Origin: Clostridiales bacterium
GTDB taxonomy: Bacteria > Bacillota > Clostridia > Saccharofermentanales > Saccharofermentanaceae
DNA: 64,000 bases
Reading direction: 5' to 3'
Assembly (NCBI GenBank): GCA_017552455.1
Contig: JAFZPX010000027.1
Location: forward strand, 59,486 to 123,485
Numbering within the stretch: the first letter of the stretch is position 1; the number at the start of each line of letters is the position of its first letter. The notes below the pieces were generated by a model. That model made no database searches, was not told the DNA's origin, and saw only the letters and a program-made list of their open reading frames with translations. Both the position numbers and the translations under genes were made by a program. Below are positions 57,429 to 64,000 of this stretch, in pieces.

Positions 57429-58765
57429 TACTGATTAAGCGCTTCCTTGATAGTCTTGATCATGTAGTCGATCATCTCGTCAGTCATGCCGGGATATACG
57501 CCAATCCAGAATGTATCATTCATGATCCTGTCTGTATTCGTAAGCTCACCAACGATGCGGTAGCCTTCGCCTGACTCACGAAGCTCATCGAAGCAGGGGT
57601 GCTTTGTAAGATTACCTGCGAAGAGGTTTCTTGTCTGAACACCATGGTCCTCGATGTACTTAACGACCTTAACTCTGTCTACGCCTTCCTTGACTGTCAT
57701 CATGAAGCCGAACCATGAAGGTTTGGAGTTAGGTGCTGCCTCAGGAAGGATGATCTTATCCTGACAATCCTGAAGTCCTGCCTTAAGTCTGTCGAAGTTG
57801 TGTCTTCTTCTCTCTACGAATGAAGGGAACTTAACGATCTGAGCGCAACCTACTGCAGCCTGAAGATCTGTTGCCTTGAGGTTATATCCGAAGTGAGAGT
57901 AAACATACTTGTGATCGTAACCTGCAGGAAGAAGTCCGTACTGTCCGTCGAATCTGTGTCCGCAGAAGTTATCGCGGCCGGAAGGACAAACGCAGTCTCT
58001 TCCCCAGTCTCTCATGGATCTGATGCACTTATTAAGAAGCGGGTTGTTAGTGTAGATAGCACCGCCCTCACCCATTGTCATGTGGTGCGGAGGATAGAAT
58101 GAAGATGTTCCGATATCACCGATCGTACCTGTGAACTTCTCCTCACCGTCGATCGTATACTTGGAACCCAATGCATCGCAGTTATCCTCAACGAGCCACA
58201 GGTTATTCTTAACGCAGAACTCCTTAACTGCCTTCAAGTCGAACGGGTTACCAAGTGTATGAGCGATCATTACAGCCTTAGTCTTATCGGACAAAGCCTC
58301 CTCGAGCTTAGTAACATCGATGTTGTACTGAGGGATAGTAACATCAACGAATACAGGCACTGCACCGTACTGGATGATAGGAGCTACTGTCGTAGGGAAG
58401 CCTGCTGCTACAGTGATAACCTCATCACCGCGCTTGATTCTTCTTTCCTTGAGAAGAGGGCTTGTAAGAGCCATGAAAGCTCCGAGGTTCGCGGAAGAAC
58501 CGGAGTTAACAAGAGAGCAGAATCTTACTCCCAGGTACTCAGCGAACTTCTTCTCGAACTCGTCTGTATATCTTCCTGATGTAAGCCAGAACTCGAGAGC
58601 TGAATCAACGAGGTTGACCATCTCCTCCTGTCCGTAAACTCTTCTTGCATAAGGAATTCTGTCGCCTTCCTCGTAGGGCTTTACTGCGTGATACTTCTGC
58701 GCGTATTCCTTAACCTCTTCGAGGATCTTAGCGCGTGCGTCCTGCTCGTTCATGTTCTCAAACAT
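57428..58765 (-). CDS. rfbH: CDP-4-keto-6-deoxy-D-glucose 3-dehydratase (E1)
   Basis: NSGSSANL, EDNCDA, SFYPPHH.TMGEGG (His in place of the PLP Lys) and DCVC...DN.C Fe-S cysteines. Confidence 0.93.
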   Translation of the reverse strand: MFENMNEQDARAKILEEVKEYAQKYHAVKPYEEGDRIPYARRVYGQEEMVNLVDSALEFWLTSGRYTDEFEKKFAEYLGVRFCSLVNSGSSANLGAFMALTSPLLKERRIKRGDEVITVAAGFPTTVAPIIQYGAVPVFVDVTIPQYNIDVTKLEEALSDKTKAVMIAHTLGNPFDLKAVKEFCVKNNLWLVEDNCDALGSKYTIDGEEKFTGTIGDIGTSSFYPPHHMTMGEGGAIYTNNPLLNKCIRSMRDWGRDCVCPSGRDNFCGHRFDGQYGLLPAGYDHKYVYSHFGYNLKATDLQAAVGCAQIVKFPSFVERRRHNFDRLKAGLQDCQDKIILPEAAPNSKPSWFGFMMTVKEGVDRVKVVKYIEDHGVQTRNLFAGNLTKHPCFDELRESGEGYRIVGELTNTDRIMNDTFWIGVYPGMTDEMIDYMIKTIKEALNQ

Positions 58766-58774
58766 TATCTTTGT

Positions 58775-59833
58775 TCATCCTTTCGTGATGTAATCGTTGA
58801 TCTGCTTATCCATTACAGCGGGGATATCTCCGCCTGCTTCATATACTCTTGTCCACTCGACAACGCGGAAGACCGCCTCATCGATATGCCAGTGCGGAGC
58901 CCATCCGAACGTCTTCTTAAGCTTGCTCGAATCAAGCTTCAGAAAGTTAGCCTCGTGGGGCGCATTCGCCTCGGACTTATCTACTCTCTTAACGCCTTCC
59001 CAGTTGCTTACGAACATATCGACGATGTCTCCTGTGCATACACAGTCGCAGTCGTCGGGACCGACGTTATACCAGCCCTGAACAGCCTTGTTCTCATACT
59101 GAGCCTGAGCGATCATCAGGTACGCGAACACGGGCTCAAGTACATGCTGATAAGGTCTTGTCGAATACGGATTTCTTACGATGATCTCCTTAGTGCTCAT
59201 GGCAGCTCTCACGCAGTCAGGAATGATCCTGTCGTTCGCGAAGTCGCCGCCGCCGATTACGTTACCGGCTCTTGCAGTGGAGATTGCAGGACTGTTCTCA
59301 AGATTGAAGAACGAATCCTTATATGAATGTGTGACAAGCTCGGAACAGGACTTGGAGTTGGAATAAGGATCAAATCCGTCAAGCGGTTCATTCTCCCTGT
59401 AGCCCCAGATCCATTCGTTGTTCTTATATACCTTGTCAGTCGTTACGTTAAGGAAAGACTTAACACTTGAAGATGCTCTTACACACTCAAGGATGTTAAC
59501 TGTTCCCATAACGTTTGTCTCATATGTGTAGCGGGGATCCTTATAGGAATCTCTTACGATAGGCTGTGCTGCCATGTGGATGACGATCTCAGGCTGTGCC
59601 TCATCAAAGGCCTTCTTCAGAGCTTCCATGTCTCTGATATCGCCGATAACGGATGTCATCTTGCCCTCAAGCCCTGCCATAGAGAACAGGTTCGGGTCAG
59701 TAGGTGCTTCAAGCGAATAGCCTGTAAGCACTGCACCGTGTGTTACGAGGATCCTGCTCATCCACGAGCCCTTGAAGCCCGTGTGACCTGTGAGGAAGAC
59801 CCTCTTGCCGTTCCAGAAATTAAGGTCTGTCAC
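58775..59833 (-). CDS. rfbG: CDP-glucose 4,6-dehydratase
   Basis: FWNGKRVFLTGHTGFKGSW, TTDKVY, YSNSK and RAGNVIGGGD. Confidence 0.96.
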   Translation of the reverse strand: MTDLNFWNGKRVFLTGHTGFKGSWMSRILVTHGAVLTGYSLEAPTDPNLFSMAGLEGKMTSVIGDIRDMEALKKAFDEAQPEIVIHMAAQPIVRDSYKDPRYTYETNVMGTVNILECVRASSSVKSFLNVTTDKVYKNNEWIWGYRENEPLDGFDPYSNSKSCSELVTHSYKDSFFNLENSPAISTARAGNVIGGGDFANDRIIPDCVRAAMSTKEIIVRNPYSTRPYQHVLEPVFAYLMIAQAQYENKAVQGWYNVGPDDCDCVCTGDIVDMFVSNWEGVKRVDKSEANAPHEANFLKLDSSKLKKTFGWAPHWHIDEAVFRVVEWTRVYEAGGDIPAVMDKQINDYITKG

Positions 59834-59837
59834 AGTA

Positions 59838-60617
59838 TCAGTCCTCCCACTTTATCCAGGGAGCCTTGCCCTCTTTGATAAGCTTCTCGAGAAGATCCTT
59901 ATCTCGCTTTGTATCCATGCACTGCCAGAAACCTTCGTGAATGAAAGCATTGAGCTGGCCGTCAGCTGCAATCCTCTCAAGAGGTGCCTTCTCGAAAGGC
60001 ACATCATCGCCGTCGATATAGTCGATAACAGAAGGCTCGAGAACCATGAAGCCTGCATTTACAACAGTGCCATCCTGGTCTGCCTTCTCTCTGAACTTGG
60101 TAACTGTGCCGTTATCGGCAATATCGATACAGCCGAATCTCTGACCGACCTTGGCTGCCGTGATAGTAGCAAGCTGTCCCTTGCTCTTATGGAAATCAAC
60201 GAGAGCCTTAAGATCGACATCGCTTACGCCGTCGCCGTAAGTAAGCATGAAGGGCTCGTCTCCGATATAATTCTTAACTCTCTTGATACGGCCGCCTGTC
60301 ATAGTATTGAGACCAGTATCTACAAGTGTGACCTTCCAGGGCTCTGTGTGAGTCGAATGGACGATCATCTTATTCTCGGCCGTGAAGTCGAATGTAACAT
60401 CAGAAGTGTGGAGATAGTAATCAGCGAACCACTCCTTGATAACATACTGCTTATATCCGCAGCAGATAACAAAGTCATTGAACCCGTAAGTGGAGTAGTA
60501 CTTCATGATATGCCAAAGGATAGGCATACCGCATATCTCAACCATGGGCTTGGGTCTGTAAACGCTCTCCTCGGAGATTCTCGTTCCGTACCCGCCCGCA
60601 AGCAAAACTACCTTCAT
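59838..60617 (-). CDS. rfbF: Glucose-1-phosphate cytidylyltransferase
   Basis: LAGG.GTRISEE...PKPMVEI, TMTGGRI, TYGDG and FWQCMDT.RD. GGAGG SD. Confidence 0.96.
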   Translation of the reverse strand: MKVVLLAGGYGTRISEESVYRPKPMVEICGMPILWHIMKYYSTYGFNDFVICCGYKQYVIKEWFADYYLHTSDVTFDFTAENKMIVHSTHTEPWKVTLVDTGLNTMTGGRIKRVKNYIGDEPFMLTYGDGVSDVDLKALVDFHKSKGQLATITAAKVGQRFGCIDIADNGTVTKFREKADQDGTVVNAGFMVLEPSVIDYIDGDDVPFEKAPLERIAADGQLNAFIHEGFWQCMDTKRDKDLLEKLIKEGKAPWIKWED

Positions 60618-60669
60618 GGTCAGTCCTCCGCACATAGTTAGTCATTCTAATTATACTATATGCGCGCGG

Positions 60670-62937
60670 TTATTCTTTAAGATAGTTGTTATACTCTTTT
60701 ACAAAATTATTAAACTCTTCCGCGTTCTTGTATATGACGTTTATCCTCGCGTTAGGCGTATATCTCTCATTATCGATCAGTGTCTGCAGGTCAGCGCCCG
60801 TCCTTCTGATGTCTTCCACGAGAGCATCGCGAAGCGAAGGAATGTACATAATATCGAGCACGCGGGAGTGTATTCCCAGCATAAGCTCAGGAGAGCCCTC
60901 CCTTAATCTGAACGAACACTTCTTCCTGATATCTGAAGAAGAGAAGCCGAGACTCACCTCGTAGATACCGTCCTCTATGAGGAACTTGCCGTAGTCTTCG
61001 CTGTAAGAACCGATGTCGTTTATGCTGACCTCGAGTTCATAATCCGCACTCTGTCCTGCCTTGAGCTCGTATTTACCGAAAGCACGAAGCTCCTTTACGG
61101 GCTTGCTCTGCATAGACACGGAATCGCCCACATAAAGCTGAACCACCTGTGCGCCGTCTCTTGTGCCGGTATTCTTAAGCGTGAAACTGACCTTTACCGT
61201 ATCGCCAAGAGCATACTCACTCTTATCAAGATGCATATTCTCTATCTCGAAGTCCGTATAGGAAAGGCCGAATCCGAACGGGAACAAAGGCTCGACCTTA
61301 CGCTTCTCATAACCTCTGTAGCCTACATAGATATCCTCGCCGTAGACACATGTAAATCCGTCAGGATAGTTAAGGAACGCAGGCGTATCCTCGTAGCGCT
61401 TAGGGAATGTTACCGTAAGCCTTCCCGAAGGATTGACCTTGCCGCTCATGATGTCGTAGAGCGCACGCGCGCCTTCCATGCCGGGATAGTAGATCAGGAA
61501 TACCGCATCGATATCGTCGATGAATTCTGTGAGCTCTACGGGGCCCGGCACATTAAGGACCAGGCAGATCTTCTTGGAGCCGTCATTGATAAGGCCTCTT
61601 ATAAGCCTTCTGTACTCGTCAGGAAGCTTAAGGTCGACTCTGTCAGTACCTTCAGCTGAAGGCAGCGATACTACAACAACAGCTACATCGCCGTCCTTGT
61701 TCTGCCCGAAGACATCCTTAAGAGAAGGCGCCCTGTCGGTAATTACCTGCGCACTTCCGCTTCCGTAGATCCTGAGCTCATCGCTTCCGTAAAGAGTTAC
61801 TCTGTTCATATCATCAAGCGGGAACAGCGCATTCTCATTCTTAAGCATGACTATGCCCTCGGCGCATGCATCATAGCAGGCCTTACGCCCCTTCTCGATA
61901 TATTCGTCATACGGGACAGGGAAAGTAGTATCATTCTTGTTGTACTTGATACCAAGCTCGATAAAGCGCAGGCAGGCGTCTTCAAAGTCCTCCCTGCTGA
62001 GTCTGCCGTCAGCTAACGCGGCAAGTATCTCATCCTCTTTATTCCAGGGACCCAGCATCAGAAGATCGATGCCCGATGCGACCGAATCACCTGAATCGCC
62101 CACACAGGCTCCCCAGTCAGTCATGCAAAGACCTTCGAAGCCCCACCGGTCCTTAAGGACCTCACGAAGCAGCCATGGATTCTCCGTGCAGTGCTCGCCA
62201 TTGATCTTCGGGTACGCCGCCATAACTGTCGCGGCTCCTGCCTTAACACACTTCTCGAAAGCAGGAAGATACATCTCCTCCAGTGCTCTTCTAGAAATCC
62301 TCTGATCGATACCTGAACGGTTGATCTCAAGGTTATTAGCAGCAAAGTGCTTAACATCCGAAGCGACCTGCTGCGACTCGACTCCCTTCACCATCTCGCG
62401 GCCAAGTAGTCCTCCGACCAGCGGATCTTCAGAATAACCTTCGAAGAACCTGCCGTTACGGGGCTCACGAAGAAGGTTCACATTAGGTGTTCCAAGAAGA
62501 CATGACACCTTATACATTCTTGCCTCAAGGCCTAAGGCCTGTCCGTTCTCATAAACGACTTCGGGATTCCATGTAGAACCGAGCAAGATGCCCGGAGGAT
62601 AGCAGCCGGGGTGCGGCTCGAAGCCTCCCGTATAGCGGGTCAGCTTCTCGAACAGCTCATCTCTTAGCTTCTTCTCCTCATCTGTAAGGTTATCGAGCTT
62701 ATAAAAATTATGGATGACGTGGTCGAACTGCTCTCGTGTGTAGCCGTTCTCGATCGCATACGCGATAAAGATATCTCCGAACAGCTGCTCGAAGTTCATT
62801 CCGGTACCGCCGTCCAGGAACTGCATTCTGTCGATGCCGGCCTCTTTTATTTCTCTCGTAGAGAAAAAACCGGCACCGCATAATAGCGATGCCTTTTGTT
62901 GGTCATTTAATTTATTAAGTATATCGATAGCTGTCAT
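60670..62937 (-). CDS. Glycoside hydrolase family 3 (beta-glucosidase-like) with FnIII-like domain
   Basis: R.P..GRFFE.YSEDP, KHFAAN, MTDW nucleophile, VMLKN, EG.DR and YGEDIYVGYR...FPFG.GLSY. Confidence 0.9.
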   Translation of the reverse strand: MTAIDILNKLNDQQKASLLCGAGFFSTREIKEAGIDRMQFLDGGTGMNFEQLFGDIFIAYAIENGYTREQFDHVIHNFYKLDNLTDEEKKLRDELFEKLTRYTGGFEPHPGCYPPGILLGSTWNPEVVYENGQALGLEARMYKVSCLLGTPNVNLLREPRNGRFFEGYSEDPLVGGLLGREMVKGVESQQVASDVKHFAANNLEINRSGIDQRISRRALEEMYLPAFEKCVKAGAATVMAAYPKINGEHCTENPWLLREVLKDRWGFEGLCMTDWGACVGDSGDSVASGIDLLMLGPWNKEDEILAALADGRLSREDFEDACLRFIELGIKYNKNDTTFPVPYDEYIEKGRKACYDACAEGIVMLKNENALFPLDDMNRVTLYGSDELRIYGSGSAQVITDRAPSLKDVFGQNKDGDVAVVVVSLPSAEGTDRVDLKLPDEYRRLIRGLINDGSKKICLVLNVPGPVELTEFIDDIDAVFLIYYPGMEGARALYDIMSGKVNPSGRLTVTFPKRYEDTPAFLNYPDGFTCVYGEDIYVGYRGYEKRKVEPLFPFGFGLSYTDFEIENMHLDKSEYALGDTVKVSFTLKNTGTRDGAQVVQLYVGDSVSMQSKPVKELRAFGKYELKAGQSADYELEVSINDIGSYSEDYGKFLIEDGIYEVSLGFSSSDIRKKCSFRLREGSPELMLGIHSRVLDIMYIPSLRDALVEDIRRTGADLQTLIDNERYTPNARINVIYKNAEEFNNFVKEYNNYLKE

Positions 62938-62990
62938 GATGATCACCGCCGCAACTTGAATTCGTTGCTAACAGTATATCATCTGCCGTC

Positions 62991-63425
62991 TCATACCATA
63001 ATAGCGAACTTCAACGTGCACTGTACTGCGACCTGACCGTCGACAGTAGCAACAGCCTCACCTACACCCATAGGGCCTCTGACCTGAGTGATCTTAGTCT
63101 CGAATCTGATAGTGTCGCCCGGAACAACCTGTCTTCTGAACTTACACTTGTCGATACCTGCAAAGACAGCGATCTTACCCTTGAACTCTTCCTGTGAAAG
63201 GATAGCTACAGCACCTGTCTGAGCGAGAGCCTCTACCATGAGAACGCCCGGCATGATCGGATACTCGGGGAAGTGGCCTCTGAAGAATGACTCATCGTAA
63301 GTTACGTTCTTGATGGCGATGCAGTACTCACCCGGTACATAATCCTCAACCTTATCGATGAGAAGGAAAGGATGACGATGAGGGATGATCTCCATGATCT
63401 GCTGTGTGTTAAGCGAATTAGCCAT
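62991..63425 (-). CDS. fabZ: 3-hydroxyacyl-ACP dehydratase
   Basis: [11 protein letters not shown] and F.GHFP..PIMPGVL..EALAQ. Confidence 0.96.
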   Translation of the reverse strand: MANSLNTQQIMEIIPHRHPFLLIDKVEDYVPGEYCIAIKNVTYDESFFRGHFPEYPIMPGVLMVEALAQTGAVAILSQEEFKGKIAVFAGIDKCKFRRQVVPGDTIRFETKITQVRGPMGVGEAVATVDGQVAVQCTLKFAIMV

Positions 63426-63446
63426 ATCAGTATTCTCCTTTATGAA

Positions 63447-64000
63447 TTACTCAGCATACTTCTTAAGAAGAAGTGTAGCATTGTGTCCGCCGAAGCCCAA
63501 TGAGTTGCTCATAGCATAGTTGATATCGAGTGAGCGGCCCTCACCCATTGTATAGTCGAGATCGCACTCATCATCAGGCTCTGTAAGACCGGATGTAACG
63601 TGGATGAATGAATCGAGGATGGACTTAACGCATACGATAAACTCAACACCGCCTGCGCCTCCGAGCAGGTGACCGATCATAGACTTTGTGGAGTTGATAG
63701 CAACCTTCTTGGCAGCATCGCCGAAGGCATACTTGATAGCACGTGTCTCGAACAGGTCGTTGTGGTGTGTGGATGTACCGTGAGCGTTGATGTACTCTAC
63801 CTGGGAAGGTTCAATACCTGCTTCGTTCATTGCAGCCTTCATAGCCTCGCCTGCACCGGAACCGTCCTCTGCAGGTGATGTGATATGGAATGCATCGTTT
63901 GTAGCGCCGTAGCCTACAACCTCAGCGTAGATATGAGCACCTCTTGCCTTAGCATGCTCGAGCTCCTCGAGAACTACGACACCTGCACCCTCACCGATAA
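63447..64000 (-). CDS. fabF: Beta-ketoacyl-ACP synthase II, 3' part (5' end beyond window)
   Basis: GEGAG...[29 protein letters not shown] and [10 protein letters not shown]. Confidence 0.95.
   Translation of the reverse strand, partial: IGEGAGVVVLEELEHAKARGAHIYAEVVGYGATNDAFHITSPAEDGSGAGEAMKAAMNEAGIEPSQVEYINAHGTSTHHNDLFETRAIKYAFGDAAKKVAINSTKSMIGHLLGGAGGVEFIVCVKSILDSFIHVTSGLTEPDDECDLDYTMGEGRSLDINYAMSNSLGFGGHNATLLLKKYAE

Noticed and set aside
279-63878. Numerous long opposite-strand or alternate-frame ORFs (e.g. 1631..2359, 19280..20275, 37483..38361, 59790..60641)
   Set aside because: They are shadows of well-supported genes, with no motifs or SD sequences, and are explained by codon bias.
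1-64000. tRNA, rRNA, IS/transposase, prophage or defence genes
   Set aside because: None were recognised, and nearly all sequence is accounted for by protein-coding genes with short spacers.

Overview
This is a gene-dense chromosomal window from a Clostridia-type Firmicute. The gatCAB genes, the sigma-A TTGACA/TATAAT promoters and the DUF4214 surface proteins suggest a Saccharofermentans/Oscillospirales-like anaerobe, but that assignment is inference only. Almost all genes lie on the minus strand. The left half (1-28.4 kb) is accessory or stress-related: two tandem Zn-ribbon proteins, six GNATs, a GH51 arabinofuranosidase, a Na/Pi cotransporter, two HD-GYP proteins, a PadR-DUF1700-DUF4097 operon, an sdh/frd-like CAB operon whose flavoprotein lacks the FAD-linking His, a DUF4214 surface protein and an orphan double-glycine-leader peptide. 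The middle holds rlmD-like, folD, fchA, two tandem DUF4214/L,D-transpeptidases (one without the catalytic Cys), a stand-alone rpoBC, two foldase-like proteins and gatCAB. The right holds a nine-gene operon (49.1-60.6 kb), then a GH3, fabZ and part of fabF. That operon joins CDP-3,6-dideoxyhexose genes to a YerE-like ThDP enzyme, an aldolase fusion, a HAD phosphatase, an SDR and a GtrA/GtrB/GT-C-type transfer system. It is the best candidate for an undescribed system: a C4-branched higher-carbon sugar decorating the surface of a monoderm. The second candidate is a conserved promoter module of about 70 bp around the palindrome TGTCGCTTAAGCGACA, shared by the peptide gene and yccF, with half-sites and a T12 tract in front of the DUF4214 gene. 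No tRNA, rRNA, CRISPR or transposase was recognised. All product calls come from motifs read by eye, not from database searches.
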